Shown here piece after piece: positions 1 through 10,497 of a stretch of 64,000 nt of DNA. The notes under the pieces are model-generated. The model had not been told where the DNA came from. It saw only the letters and a program-made list of their open reading frames with translations, and made no database searches. This DNA is from an uncultured Verrucomicrobiae bacterium (lineage in GTDB: Bacteria; Chlamydiota; Chlamydiia; Chlamydiales; Rhabdochlamydiaceae). The stretch lies in assembly GCA_963806855.1 (NCBI GenBank), contig CAWDYW010000001.1:1056001-1120000 (forward strand), written 5' to 3'. Every line of letters begins with the position of its first letter. The stretch's first letter is position 1. The position numbers and the translations under genes are program-made.

Positions 1-457
1 GATCAATGGTGGGTCCTATTAAGCTTTGAGTAATATCATCCGGCCGTTCTTCAATTGCCCTAGCTTCTTCTTGTATGCGGCCAATAAAATCCAGTACCTG
101 CTTAAAGAGCGGACGATCAGAAGTATTGTCGATGGGGCAATTGATTCTTTTGGCGATAGAGCTCCAGATTTGGGAATCAGATACTAGTGCATTTGCAGTT
201 GTGGATGTGAGATTGAATTCGGCCAATTCAGGGAGATCAAAGAATGTGAGCAAATGAATTTTAAGGTTCTGGTCTGGCAATGCATCGAAAACAAAACCTG
301 AGCTTGGAGAGGGAGGATTCTCTGCGTTTCCAAGGTTTTTTTCAGAGACGCTTTGCACTTTTTCACTAAGGGCAGATGAGGGAGAAGCCTTTTGCTCAAC
401 CGCTGGTTGACGTTTAAAAGGCGCGAAAGCGTAAGTCCGATCTGATATTATGCTCAT
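1..457 (-). CDS. F-box-like protein, N-terminal part (runs off the window); paralog of the F-box/LRR gene at 55682
   Basis: Manual translation from ATG 457 stays open to the edge: ...LPDQNLKIHLLTFFDLPELAEFNLTSTTANALVSDSQIWSSIA...KQVLDF...GPTID. This aligns by eye with IPRDIQALCLSFLDLPLLAEASL...SDSVW...QQVLQF...RPTIAD of 55682..56803. Confidence 0.75.
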   Translation of the reverse strand, partial: MSIISDRTYAFAPFKRQPAVEQKASPSSALSEKVQSVSEKNLGNAENPPSPSSGFVFDALPDQNLKIHLLTFFDLPELAEFNLTSTTANALVSDSQIWSSIAKRINCPIDNTSDRPLFKQVLDFIGRIQEEARAIEERPDDITQSLIGPTID

Positions 458-536
458 GGTTTTACCTACATTAAATTTAACGTATAATTCTGTCAAAACT
501 ATGAGTTAAAGTAAATAATAATAGAACGATTCCAGT

Positions 537-1724
537 TTATTGTCGAAAGTCTTTTCCATAGCGTAGGGGCAAATCCTGTTTCCATGGGCAGTAGCTATTG
601 CAGAAGTCGATCCGCTCTCCTAGGGGAGGGTGGGTGCAGCGCCAGACTTTGTAGACGGGCCCGGGGCGGGGATTGGCCAGGTTTTGCTTCTGAAGGACGA
701 TGAAGGCCTCGGCGGCGGCTTGATTGTTTTGGGTGATTTCAAGGCCAAAGCGGTCGGCCTGCCGTTCGAAGGTGCGAGAGACATAATTGGAAAGGGGAGT
801 CGTCAGAAGGATAAAGAAGCACCCTAAAAATAGGAGAAGGGGTAGAGAGGCAATCTCGTGGAGCTCTTTAAATCCCAACTGTTTTTGGTACCTTTTCAGG
901 ATGAAATGGGCAGACTTGTAGACGAGGTAGAAAATCACCAGATCGAGGATCGATGTATAGAGCATATCCCACCAGATATGGTGCAAGACGTAGTGGCCCA
1001 TTTCGTGTCCCATGACAAAGAGGATCTCATCGGGTTTCATTTTGGCAAGCGTTGTATCCCAGAGGACAATGCGGGCGGTCGATCCAAAGCCGGTCACATA
1101 GGCATTAAGGGTCTTGGTATCTTGGCTCATGTCGACTTCAAAGACTCGCCCATGCTCGATTCCTGCTCTTTTCGCAAGAGAGAGGATTTGCTGTTCGAGC
1201 TGTTTATTTTTCATCGGCCCAAAGTGATTGAAGAGGGGATCGAACCAAATCGGTTTGACGAAGACCAGGATAAAGCCGATGCCGATGCTGACAAGGGCCG
1301 AATAGAGCCACCAGCGACGGGGGCTTTTTTTGAGGAGCAGATAAAAGATCCAAACGAGCAGTGCCGATAGGACAATGACAATGAGAAGCTGCTTAGCATA
1401 GATGCTCAGCCATCGACTAAAGGTCTGAGCGGAGAGCCCATAATCGTGCTGCCTAATGAAGTCTGAGTAGAAATCGATCGGGAAATTAAGCAAATTGTAG
1501 AGGAAAATGAACAGGACGAGGTAGATGACAATGGTACAATACCAGTTTCTCCCCAATCGGGCAGAAACCCTTTCCATTTTTCCGCTTAGGCCGGTGAAAA
1601 GAATGAGCAGAGGAATGATCAGGCTCCAGCTATTCTGGATGATCCACAGAATATTGCCACTTTTATAAAAACGGAGTGCTTGCTCTGTGGCAGCAGGGAC
1701 TGCCACGTGGGCGCATTCAAACAT
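537..1724 (-). CDS. M48 family (Ste24/HtpX-like) membrane zinc metallopeptidase
   Basis: NAYVTG, HEMGH and ERQAD motifs, THP near the C-terminus, several TM segments. Confidence 0.9.
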   Translation of the reverse strand: MFECAHVAVPAATEQALRFYKSGNILWIIQNSWSLIIPLLILFTGLSGKMERVSARLGRNWYCTIVIYLVLFIFLYNLLNFPIDFYSDFIRQHDYGLSAQTFSRWLSIYAKQLLIVIVLSALLVWIFYLLLKKSPRRWWLYSALVSIGIGFILVFVKPIWFDPLFNHFGPMKNKQLEQQILSLAKRAGIEHGRVFEVDMSQDTKTLNAYVTGFGSTARIVLWDTTLAKMKPDEILFVMGHEMGHYVLHHIWWDMLYTSILDLVIFYLVYKSAHFILKRYQKQLGFKELHEIASLPLLLFLGCFFILLTTPLSNYVSRTFERQADRFGLEITQNNQAAAEAFIVLQKQNLANPRPGPVYKVWRCTHPPLGERIDFCNSYCPWKQDLPLRYGKDFRQ

Positions 1725-1732
1725 AAGACCTC

Positions 1733-2722
1733 TTATTCTTTGCTTAAGTGTTCATAGGCTAATTTTGTCGCTTCGCGCCCTCGAGGGGTGTGACGAAGAA
1801 ATCCCTTTAAAATCAGATAGGGCTCATAGACCTCCGCCAATGTCGAGGGATCTTCTGATAGGGCGACGGCCAAGGTAGTCAACCCTACTGGACCGCCGTC
1901 GTGATGATCGATGATAACCGAAAGCAATTTCTTGTCCATTTCATCGAGCCCCTGATGGTCGATTGAGAGCATATTGAGCGCCTGGCGAGTAGTCATTAGG
2001 TCGATTGGCTCCTTTTTGGCCATCTGCGCAAAGTCTCTCACCCAACGCAAGAGGTGATTGGCGATCCGCGGGGTTCCACGAGCGCGCGCAGCAATTTCGA
2101 GCGAAGCATCATCGTGCATAGCCACTTTCAAGATATCGGCCGAACGTTTGACGATTTTAGAAAGGACCGCATGCTCGTAAAAATCGAGACGACAGGAAAA
2201 AGCAAAGCGGGAGCGCATGGGACTGCTCAGTAGACCGCTGCGGGTTGTTGCCCCCACTAATGTGAAGGGCTTGAGGTTGACTCGGACGCTGCGGCTGCTT
2301 GGACCGCTGTCGATGAGCAGGTCGAGAGAAAAATCTTCCATCGCCGGATAAAGATATTCTTCTATGGCGCGATTGAGGCGGTGGATCTCGTCGATAAAGA
2401 GGATATCGCCCTCCTGGAGATTGGTCAAAATCCCAGCTAAATCGGCCGCTTTTTCGATCGCCGGGCCAGAGGTGGTGACCAGATGGGTGCCCATCTCTTG
2501 CGCGAGAATATTGGCCAGCGTCGTCTTTCCGAGCCCTGGTGGGCCATGGAATAGACAGTGGCCGAGCGCCTCCTTTCGCTGTTTGGCGGCTCCTAAAAAG
2601 ACAGACAGCCTTTCCTTAAGTCCATCCTGACCTAAAAAATGTTCTAGGCTTTTTGGGCGCAAAGGGGTATCGAACGGGGGATCTTTTTTGGTCCACGAGG
2701 ACTGGATGAACGACTCAGACAT
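1733..2722 (-). CDS. ruvB: Holliday junction branch migration helicase RuvB
   Basis: LRPKSL, GPPGLGKTTLA, FIDEIHRL, GATTR, GTPRIA, EPYL. Confidence 0.98.
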   Translation of the reverse strand: MSESFIQSSWTKKDPPFDTPLRPKSLEHFLGQDGLKERLSVFLGAAKQRKEALGHCLFHGPPGLGKTTLANILAQEMGTHLVTTSGPAIEKAADLAGILTNLQEGDILFIDEIHRLNRAIEEYLYPAMEDFSLDLLIDSGPSSRSVRVNLKPFTLVGATTRSGLLSSPMRSRFAFSCRLDFYEHAVLSKIVKRSADILKVAMHDDASLEIAARARGTPRIANHLLRWVRDFAQMAKKEPIDLMTTRQALNMLSIDHQGLDEMDKKLLSVIIDHHDGGPVGLTTLAVALSEDPSTLAEVYEPYLILKGFLRHTPRGREATKLAYEHLSKE

Positions 2723-2794
2723 TAATTTACTCTAGCTTGAAAACTCTGATAAGGATATATAATGCTTTTAAACTTAAAACAGAAGGATATATCT

Positions 2795-3361
2795 ATGAGT
2801 CCACAACCTGATCATTGGATCCGCAAAATGGCACAAGAAGAAGGAATGATCGAGCCATTCTCCGATCACCTCGTTCGAGAAGTCAATGGAAAAAAAATCG
2901 TCAGCTACGGCCTGTCGAGCTACGGCTATGACCTGCGTGTCGCCAGAGAATTTAAAGTCTTCACCAACCTCTACAATACGGTCGTCGATCCCAAGGCCTT
3001 TAGCGAAGATGCCTTCGTCGATGTGGTCGCAGATCAATGCATCATCCCGCCCAATTCATTTGCCCTGGCCCGAAGCGTCGAGTATTTCCGCATTCCACGC
3101 AGTGTGATCACTCTCTGCATAGGCAAGTCGACCTATGCCCGTTGTGGGATCATCGTCAACGTCACTCCCTTCGAACCAGAATGGGAAGGATACGTCACCT
3201 TGGAAATTTCCAACACCACCCCTCTTCCAGCTAAGATCTATGCGAATGAGGGACTGGCCCAGGTGATCTTCTATCAAGCTTCAGAAGTGTGCGAAGTCTC
3301 CTATGCCGACCGCAAAGGCAAGTATATGGGGCAAGTCGAGATCACCCTACCCATCGCCTAA
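2795..3361 (+). CDS. dcd: dCTP deaminase
   Basis: [26 protein letters not shown]; start placed at MSPQPD. Confidence 0.95.
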   Translation: MSPQPDHWIRKMAQEEGMIEPFSDHLVREVNGKKIVSYGLSSYGYDLRVAREFKVFTNLYNTVVDPKAFSEDAFVDVVADQCIIPPNSFALARSVEYFRIPRSVITLCIGKSTYARCGIIVNVTPFEPEWEGYVTLEISNTTPLPAKIYANEGLAQVIFYQASEVCEVSYADRKGKYMGQVEITLPIA

Positions 3362-3479
3362 AAATATGCCCGCGCCCGATTTTTTTTCGAATACGGGCGT
3401 GAAAGTATTGAAAAATTGGGTGCAATTATTTATACCAAAAAAGTAAGATAGCTGTTTTCAGAAAAAGGACCGCGTACCG

Positions 3480-3782
3480 ATGACCACAAAGAGGAGTACC
3501 CTCTACATTTTTTTTCTTCGCTGCTGGTGGACAATCCTGATCATCCTCCTTTCGTACGCTCTTTATTTACATGGAATGCATAAGAAAAAGCAGATGCACT
3601 TGACTCTGAAGGCAAAAGTCGAAGTGCTTGAGAATCAGCTCTGCGCGGCCCTAGAAAAAAGGGAGGATCTGCTGCTTCAAATCAACAGCCAATCTGATCC
3701 AGCCTGGACAGAAATCCTCCTCAAAAAACATCTCGGTATGGTACCTTCTGGTCAGACCAAGGTATATTTCAAAGAACGATGA
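3480..3782 (+). CDS. Small membrane coiled-coil protein, FtsB/DivIC septum-formation-initiator-like
   Basis: Single TM followed by a coiled coil and DPAWTE..LKKHLGMV. Confidence 0.6.
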   Translation: MTTKRSTLYIFFLRCWWTILIILLSYALYLHGMHKKKQMHLTLKAKVEVLENQLCAALEKREDLLLQINSQSDPAWTEILLKKHLGMVPSGQTKVYFKER

Positions 3783-5014
3783 CAGCATTGCTCATTATTC
3801 TCCTCGTTTTCTTGATTCTGGGATCGGCGTTTTTTTCGTCCTCCGAGACAGCCCTCTTTTCCCTTTCGCCGATGCAATTGCAGATCTTTCGCAAGACCAA
3901 AGATCCCCGAAAAGTCCTCGTCGCAAAATTGCTCGATTCGCCACGGGATCTATTGATCACCTTGATCATGCTGAACGTGATGGTCAATATTTGCGTTCAG
4001 AACGTCGTTTCGAGCATTTTCGGGACTTTGTCGGGCTGGTGGCTCACTGTCGGCGTGCCGCTCGCCCTTACCCTCACTTTTGGTGAATTTATCCCAAAAT
4101 CGATCGGGATTGCCAATAACAGCAGATTAGCTCCCTATGTCTCGGGCCCCATATGGACAATCGAGGGGATCCTGCTGCCCGTCCGCAAAGGGCTCGTCCG
4201 GGCCACCACCTTGATCTCCCGCATCCTCTTTTTCTTCTTAAGAGAAGAAGAGGAGATCTCGACCGATGAGCTTCAACATGCCCTACGCACTTCTCGCGCT
4301 CGCGGGGTGCTCGCAGAGGAAGAGGCCGAATTGATGCGGGGCTATCTCAATCTGCAAAATTCTACTGCCAAAGGGTTCCTCCGCCCTCGTGAAGAGGTGC
4401 TCTTTTTTGAAGTCGACGAGCCAGTCTCCAAATTGATCCATCTCTTCGTCGATCAAGAATGTACCCGTATTCCTGTCTGCGAGGGGAGTGTCGACAATAT
4501 CATCGGCATCATCTCTAGCGGCCGGTTCTTTCTCCATCGGGAATCGATCAAGACGAGCAAAGATATTCTCCCCCTGCTGAGTAAACCCTTCTTTGTGCCC
4601 GAGAACATGCAAGCACAGGCGCTGCTCGATCAGATGTATGAAAAACGGCAGTCCTTGGCGATCGTCGTCGATGAATATGGGGCCTTTTCCGGACTCCTCA
4701 CCCTCGAGGACCTTGTCGAAACAGTCGTCGGCGAAATCGTCGATCGGCGCGACGAGAAAAATCGGTACACCCGCTCTGGAGAAGATGTGCTGATCGCCAG
4801 CGGCAAACTGGAATTGATGGAATTGGAGTCGATTTTTGATGTCTCCATCAAGAGCGAAAACAACATGGTCACCCTCGGCGGCTGGCTCACTGAACAGATG
4901 GGGGATATCCCTAAGAGCGGCTCTAAATATGTCTACAAAAACCTCCTCTTTCACGTCCTCTCCTCCGATGCCAAGAGAGTGCGCCGGATCTATATCAGGC
5001 GAGTGACCAAATGA
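3779..5014 (+). CDS. CNNM/CBS/CorC-HlyC hemolysin-family protein
   Basis: AFFSSSETALFSL, FGEFIPK, CBS pair, VVDEYG, C-terminal CorC domain. Confidence 0.93.
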   Translation: MTALLIILLVFLILGSAFFSSSETALFSLSPMQLQIFRKTKDPRKVLVAKLLDSPRDLLITLIMLNVMVNICVQNVVSSIFGTLSGWWLTVGVPLALTLTFGEFIPKSIGIANNSRLAPYVSGPIWTIEGILLPVRKGLVRATTLISRILFFFLREEEEISTDELQHALRTSRARGVLAEEEAELMRGYLNLQNSTAKGFLRPREEVLFFEVDEPVSKLIHLFVDQECTRIPVCEGSVDNIIGIISSGRFFLHRESIKTSKDILPLLSKPFFVPENMQAQALLDQMYEKRQSLAIVVDEYGAFSGLLTLEDLVETVVGEIVDRRDEKNRYTRSGEDVLIASGKLELMELESIFDVSIKSENNMVTLGGWLTEQMGDIPKSGSKYVYKNLLFHVLSSDAKRVRRIYIRRVTK

Positions 5015-6243
5015 ACGAGTGGAAGTTCTACCTCTTCCTCACCCTGCTCTTTGTCTTCACCCAAGGGATGTTCGCGATGCTCGAAATGGCCTGCGTCTCC
5101 TTCAACAAGGTGCGCCTGCAATACTGGGTCGGCCAGAAAAAACTGCGGGCCAAATGGCTCAGCGCGCTCCTCAGCCGCCCCACTTACCTCTTCGGCGCAA
5201 CCCTCATTGGAGTGAACGCCTCGCTGCAAATGGGCTCAGAATGCTCCCGTAGATTCTATGAGGCCCTCGGCGTGAACCCCGATTGGTCCCCCTTAAGCCA
5301 AATCATCCTCGTCATCATCTTTTCTGAACTCGCCCCCATTTTTGCCGGTAGACGCTATGCCGAACATGTGGCCATGCTTGGCGTTCCGATCCTCTACGTC
5401 ACATCCATCATCCTGCGCCCCTTCATCTGGTTCTTCGACATCATCTGCCATCTGATCAACCGCCTCCTGCGCAGCCCCATGCGAGAGGGGATCTTCTTTT
5501 CCCGCGAAGAGCTACAGCACATTTTCGAGCAGCACAAAGAAGAACAGCGCCCCTCCAAAGAGATCAACACCGTCGTCGCCAACATCTTTACCCTCAAAGG
5601 CAAAGTGGCAAAAGATCTGATGAAGCCGCTCGAAGGGACCCAAATGATCCCCGCGATCTGCAACATCGGGGAAATGCGGACCCTCCTCAACTACAGCTAC
5701 ACCCCTTTCCTCCCGATCTACGAGCGGGATCCCCGCCACGTCCTCGCTATCGCTTACCCCCGCGACCTGCTCCGCCTCACTGAAGAGAAAAAAGTGCGCG
5801 ACTACGCGCGTCCACCCTGGTTCATCACCCAAAATAGTTCAATTCTGCAGATCCTAAAGCAATTTCGGCGCAATAACCAGAGCGTCGCCGTCGTCCTAGA
5901 TGAAGCTGGCTACGGCGTTGGCATTCTCACCCTCGATGAGATCGTCGACTCAATCTTCGGGAAAATGGATGATTGGCCCTCCTTTGAAGATATTGCACCC
6001 CGAATGCACCATGTCATCGTCGACCGCACCTTCCCAGGCGACCTAGAAATCATCGAATTCAACAAAAAGTTCCATGTCCATCTCGAACCTGAGACAGCTG
6101 AAACCCTCGAAGAGCTAATGGAATTAAAGCTCGGCCATCCTCCCGAAAAGGGGGAAAGCGTCCACATCGACCAATTCGAACTGAGCGTCGAAGATGCCCC
6201 GCTGATCGGGCCTAAGAAGATTGCCGTTAGGACGGTGTTTTAG
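5011..6243 (+). CDS. Second CNNM/CBS hemolysin-family protein
   Basis: FAMLEMACVS, FSELAP, VVLDEAG; ATGA overlap with the preceding paralog. Confidence 0.9.
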   Translation: MNEWKFYLFLTLLFVFTQGMFAMLEMACVSFNKVRLQYWVGQKKLRAKWLSALLSRPTYLFGATLIGVNASLQMGSECSRRFYEALGVNPDWSPLSQIILVIIFSELAPIFAGRRYAEHVAMLGVPILYVTSIILRPFIWFFDIICHLINRLLRSPMREGIFFSREELQHIFEQHKEEQRPSKEINTVVANIFTLKGKVAKDLMKPLEGTQMIPAICNIGEMRTLLNYSYTPFLPIYERDPRHVLAIAYPRDLLRLTEEKKVRDYARPPWFITQNSSILQILKQFRRNNQSVAVVLDEAGYGVGILTLDEIVDSIFGKMDDWPSFEDIAPRMHHVIVDRTFPGDLEIIEFNKKFHVHLEPETAETLEELMELKLGHPPEKGESVHIDQFELSVEDAPLIGPKKIAVRTVF

Positions 6244-6357
6244 AACGCAAAAGCGCACGAAAATTGTTTTTTTTTGCGTCTTTGCGCCTTTGCGTTTAAA
6301 TCTGTTCTCAACGCAAAGACGCAAAGAAAAGAAAATGAAGGGTGTGTTTTTGCGTTT
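6244..6357. repeat. REP-like palindromic element, family 1 (degenerate copy)
   Basis: aacgcaaagacgcaaag and ttgcgtctttgcgcctttgcgtt units between convergent genes. Confidence 0.8.
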
Positions 6358-7237
6358 AAGAACGGCTATCCACCAAAGCCTGAATCATCTCTTCCCATTT
6401 CCCTGCTTGAGCAAGTGCCGAGATGGTTTTGGCTTGAGATCTAGGGAGGCCTAAACTCTTGATAAAGTCAGGGAGATAGGGGAGAACTGAGCCCTGAGCA
6501 TGATACTTTCTAAATTTTTCAGCTGATTGCGGCTTAAATCCTTTTGCAATGAGCGGCACTCCATCCCAACGTTCAGAGGTTTCACTCAATTTTTTCAGAT
6601 TCTTGAGTACTTCAGGATCGTTCAACATAAACTCAAACGACTTCAAAGGGTGAATCCCATATAACTTCTTTTTTGCCTCCAGGAGTTGGCCTAATCGCTT
6701 GATCAAAGAGGGAATCGAATCATTTGCGACCATCTGGATGAGTTTCTTCACTTGCCCTTTTTCATCAGTGGACATCGGCAACTCGGCATAGGTCGTTGCT
6801 ACACTTTGAATCGGGCCTAATTGCTTCTGCAATTCATGCCCGAGTGAGATCAGCGAGCAGCGGAAAGCTTGCCGTTTCATAAAATAGAACACATTGAGTA
6901 CGGGCCTGACCACCCTCCAGCTTGACGTAGCCTCTCCAAGGAGCTGAGGATCGATCCGTCGGATGATCGTTTTGACAGCTTCGAGATCGGCGAGCCTATT
7001 TTCGAGACCTGCTCTAGTTTCATTCCATTTTTTGACTAGGGGATAGCAGATGAGCCATTTTAAAAAGCACAGCAAATCGAAAATTTTTTTTGTCACTTGG
7101 CCATAGGCATCCCCATCATAGCGCTTCTCTCCCAATAGGCTTGGGTCGATCAGCCGAATATTGGCCTTCACCTTATTCAAGCGTGGTTCAATAAAGTCAG
7201 AGATAGTTTTATGATTCTGTAGTTTGCCAATAGACAT
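6356..7237 (-). CDS. Hypothetical protein with an internal N-terminal repeat
   Basis: 293-aa ORF with AT-rich upstream region; KVKANIRLIDPSLLGE and AVKTIIRRIDPQLLGE. Confidence 0.75.
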   Translation of the reverse strand: MSIGKLQNHKTISDFIEPRLNKVKANIRLIDPSLLGEKRYDGDAYGQVTKKIFDLLCFLKWLICYPLVKKWNETRAGLENRLADLEAVKTIIRRIDPQLLGEATSSWRVVRPVLNVFYFMKRQAFRCSLISLGHELQKQLGPIQSVATTYAELPMSTDEKGQVKKLIQMVANDSIPSLIKRLGQLLEAKKKLYGIHPLKSFEFMLNDPEVLKNLKKLSETSERWDGVPLIAKGFKPQSAEKFRKYHAQGSVLPYLPDFIKSLGLPRSQAKTISALAQAGKWEEMIQALVDSRS

Positions 7238-7309
7238 GAACTAATTATAGCATTTATATAATTAACTGTAAATTAAATTAGTTTATATATATGTTTAATG
7301 GTGATTTCG

Positions 7310-7942
7310 TTATCGGTTGTGAGATAGGTTCTTAGGGGCGATAACCTTTGGTTCCTTCGAGGTGAAATAATGATAGGTTTCCTTCAGTCCTGTCCATGGA
7401 TTGATGTTTTTGCGCAACAGATATAAAGCTAAGATGTTTATTGGTAAAATAATAGGAAGAATTCTTCCATCATGGTCAATTTGCCACTGCTCGAGTTCAG
7501 CCGCTGTGTTGTTAATTATATGTAATGCAATCGGTAATAGGTAGCCGCCAGTTTCCTCTTTTAAATACCCTAAAGCACGTCCTAAAAGCCAAAATTTTAA
7601 AAGAGGAAGATCATCATGGTGATATCCGAAATATGCTGCTGAGATAACTGCGCGAGCGGTCTTTCTCGCTTCGCTTTGCGCTGTTGTTTTTGGTCTGCCT
7701 TGGATGATATTTAAGGAGATATCAATAATCTTTGGCAGAGCTCCACGATACACAATCTCCTCAGCTATCGGCAGAAATACACAGCCACCTATCAGAGTAT
7801 CGCTTCCGCCCGCCCGAACGATCATCCTTAAGCTACCATAAGCTACGGCTCCCAGTAAGATCCCTTTAAAAGCTTCTTGCGCCCAAGTAGCAGGGGTCTT
7901 GCTAGGTGTGAAATAATTTCCTAAAACTCTTTGTATTGACAT
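7310..7942 (-). CDS. CPBP (CAAX protease/Abi) family intramembrane metalloprotease
   Basis: PIAEEIVYRG, SAAYFGYHH, ALHIINN. Confidence 0.8.
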   Translation of the reverse strand: MSIQRVLGNYFTPSKTPATWAQEAFKGILLGAVAYGSLRMIVRAGGSDTLIGGCVFLPIAEEIVYRGALPKIIDISLNIIQGRPKTTAQSEARKTARAVISAAYFGYHHDDLPLLKFWLLGRALGYLKEETGGYLLPIALHIINNTAAELEQWQIDHDGRILPIILPINILALYLLRKNINPWTGLKETYHYFTSKEPKVIAPKNLSHNR

Positions 7943-7956
7943 GTCAAATCCAGTTA

Positions 7957-9024
7957 TTATTTTGTGTTTAATAATTTAATCGTTTCGGCGATTTCTGCTT
8001 CGGTTGTGAACCTTGATAGAGAGAACCTTATAGTCGACAGCGCTTCAGCCTTCGTCAACCCCATCGTGAGCAGTACCCGGGACGGCTCCAAGGACCCCGA
8101 CGAGCATGCCGAGCCCATACTGGCCGCAATTCCCTGTAAATCGAGCTGGATCAGCATCGCTTCCCCATCGACTCCGGGAAAAGTGATGCTCGATGTATTG
8201 CAGACCCGCAGTCCCGACCCATTGACCCGATGTCCCGCCTCCAATAGACTGCGGAGCTGCTGCATCCGGACGATCGCCCCTGGCAACTCCAATTCGAGCA
8301 ATTCGATCGCCTTGGCCAAGCCGATAATCCCCGGAAGGTTTTCTGTGCCCGCCCGACGGAGACCCTCTTGGCCCCCGCCAGTTAGCAGTGGCTCAAGCTT
8401 GCACCCCTTGCGGACAAACAACAGCCCAATGCCCTTCGGCCCATGGATCTTATGTCCTGAAAATGCAATCGCACTGACTCCCTTTGGAATCGTGATTTTA
8501 TCCTTGCCAAGCCATGCTACTCCATCGACAATGAATGGAATTTGCAACCTTTCTGCGATCTGTGCAATCTCTTCGATCGGATTCTTAACACCTGTCTCGC
8601 TATTGACCGCGCTCAAGACAATTACCGAATTGGAGGTGACCATTTTTTCGACATCTGCAATCTGCACATGCCCCTCGCGTCCGACCGGCAGATAGACAAT
8701 GGGGCTCCCGAGCCGTTTAACCGTCTCAAAAACCGCCGAATGCTCGATCGGACTGGTGATCACCTGCCCTTGCAGTTTCAACCCCAAAATGGCCAAATTA
8801 AGCGCTTCTGTGCCACTCGACGTAAAGACAAGCTCACCCGGCTTCACCTCCAAATAGGAGGCGATATGTTCGCGCGCCCGAGAAAGACGTTGATGAGCTG
8901 CCCGGCCAAAGCTATGGATACTTGAAGGATTTGAAGGGCCAGCCTCCAACTCAGTGAGCATCGCAGCGACAACCCGCGGATCAACCAGGGTCGTCCCATT
9001 ATTATCTAAAAATATTTTTTGCAT
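7957..9024 (-). CDS. Cysteine desulfurase (IscS/NifS family)
   Basis: FLDNNGTT, NPSSIH, SGHKIHGPKG, GSACSSG. Confidence 0.95.
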   Translation of the reverse strand: MQKIFLDNNGTTLVDPRVVAAMLTELEAGPSNPSSIHSFGRAAHQRLSRAREHIASYLEVKPGELVFTSSGTEALNLAILGLKLQGQVITSPIEHSAVFETVKRLGSPIVYLPVGREGHVQIADVEKMVTSNSVIVLSAVNSETGVKNPIEEIAQIAERLQIPFIVDGVAWLGKDKITIPKGVSAIAFSGHKIHGPKGIGLLFVRKGCKLEPLLTGGGQEGLRRAGTENLPGIIGLAKAIELLELELPGAIVRMQQLRSLLEAGHRVNGSGLRVCNTSSITFPGVDGEAMLIQLDLQGIAASMGSACSSGSLEPSRVLLTMGLTKAEALSTIRFSLSRFTTEAEIAETIKLLNTK

Positions 9025-9100
9025 CCTATAAGAATAACAGATTTGAAAGAGAAAAGCAATTGTTTCGGGTATGTCAAAACAATTGCTTTAAAGATAAAAT

Positions 9101-9541
9101 TTATAAGTTGATTTTGCTTGCGATCAGTGCGCCAGACTGTCTTAATTCTGTGGTCGTTAAATAAAGTAGAAATGCGCCTAATACTAGAGTAGGTAGAGCA
9201 GTTATTGATGCTCTTTGAACGACGTCCCTATGATAGGAGGTGGAACTTTCACTATAATACCATTCTTTTGCCTCATAACATGCAATTGCCAAACTAAATG
9301 TACCAATTACGGTGGAGGCTAGAATGATCCCAGATGTCAGAACAAATGATGCAGTTTTATTTGTTAAAGCATCGAGAGTCCCCGTGCTCAAATCTCTATA
9401 TAATTCTGAGGGATTTGAAAAGACTCCGCCAAGATTCTGATCTACGAGATTTTCAGCAACGCCCAAGTAGTGAGCTATTGTACTACCAAATGAACTTGCA
9501 ACATCTACAATTTTATCACCAATCATTATATCCTCCGACAT
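9101..9541 (-). CDS. Hypothetical membrane protein with two hydrophobic segments
   Basis: 146-aa AT-rich ORF. Confidence 0.6.
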   Translation of the reverse strand: MSEDIMIGDKIVDVASSFGSTIAHYLGVAENLVDQNLGGVFSNPSELYRDLSTGTLDALTNKTASFVLTSGIILASTVIGTFSLAIACYEAKEWYYSESSTSYHRDVVQRASITALPTLVLGAFLLYLTTTELRQSGALIASKINL

Positions 9542-9762
9542 TTTAGGCTTTATGAAATGAGGTTATTATATTCATAGTTCACAATTATGTCTATGTGACT
9601 TGATTATTGAAGATGAAAAGACCAGGATATTCAAAAAAGTGCTTTAAGAAAATGATCGCTATAGAAGAAAATAGCGCGGATGAAAAAGAAAGCGCCGATT
9701 AAGAAAATCAATTTACTTGGCGACTTGCCAAGAAATAAATTGTGCAACAGCTGCTGCCCGAA

Positions 9763-10497
9763 TTAAGCACCGACCTTCAGCATGAGGATGGTTATGTTAT
9801 CATTGCCGCCGTTTTTCTTTGCTTCTAAGATCAACATGGCCGTTGCAGACTCTAAAGTATCAGAGCTATCGATGATGTCGTGGATTTGGGCGTCGGGGAG
9901 GGCGTCGGTCAGCCCATCGGAGCAGAGGAAGTAGATGTCGCCTACTTCTAGCTGGTCGGTGCCGAAATCGGGGGTGACGTGCCGTTGAGTCCCGACGGCG
10001 CGGGTGAGGACGTTTTTGTAGGGGAAGTTGCGGGCGAGCGATTCGTCGAGTTCACCGGAGGCGATCAGCTCTTCCTTTAGGGAGTGGTCGTGGGTCAATT
10101 GCATGAGTCGCCCTTTCCGGATCCGGTAGATGCGGCTATCTCCCACATGGGCATAGAGCATCGTGTTTCCGACAATGAGAACAATACAGACGGTAGTTCC
10201 CATCCCTGACAAATTGCGATCATGTAATCCAAGGGTGAGTACATGGAGATTCGCCTTTTGGATCGCTGCAGCGAGGATTTCGCGCCACTCTTTGAGTTCA
10301 TGTCGCGTTTGAGCTGCGGCTTTGATCTCTTTGCAGATGAGCAACACAGTCTCACTGGCAGCTACTTCGCCAGCATTATGTCCCCCCATTCCATCGGCGA
10401 GGATGTAGAGATGCTCGCGCGGCATCTGGGCCCATACATCTTCGTTGTTGAGCCGCACTAGTCCAATATCTGTCGCGCCGAAGGACTCAATTTTCAT
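9763..10497 (-). CDS. PP2C-family Ser/Thr protein phosphatase
   Basis: R..NED, LADGMGGH, HVGDSR, LCSDGL, DNIT. Confidence 0.95.
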   Translation of the reverse strand: MKIESFGATDIGLVRLNNEDVWAQMPREHLYILADGMGGHNAGEVAASETVLLICKEIKAAAQTRHELKEWREILAAAIQKANLHVLTLGLHDRNLSGMGTTVCIVLIVGNTMLYAHVGDSRIYRIRKGRLMQLTHDHSLKEELIASGELDESLARNFPYKNVLTRAVGTQRHVTPDFGTDQLEVGDIYFLCSDGLTDALPDAQIHDIIDSSDTLESATAMLILEAKKNGGNDNITILMLKVGA

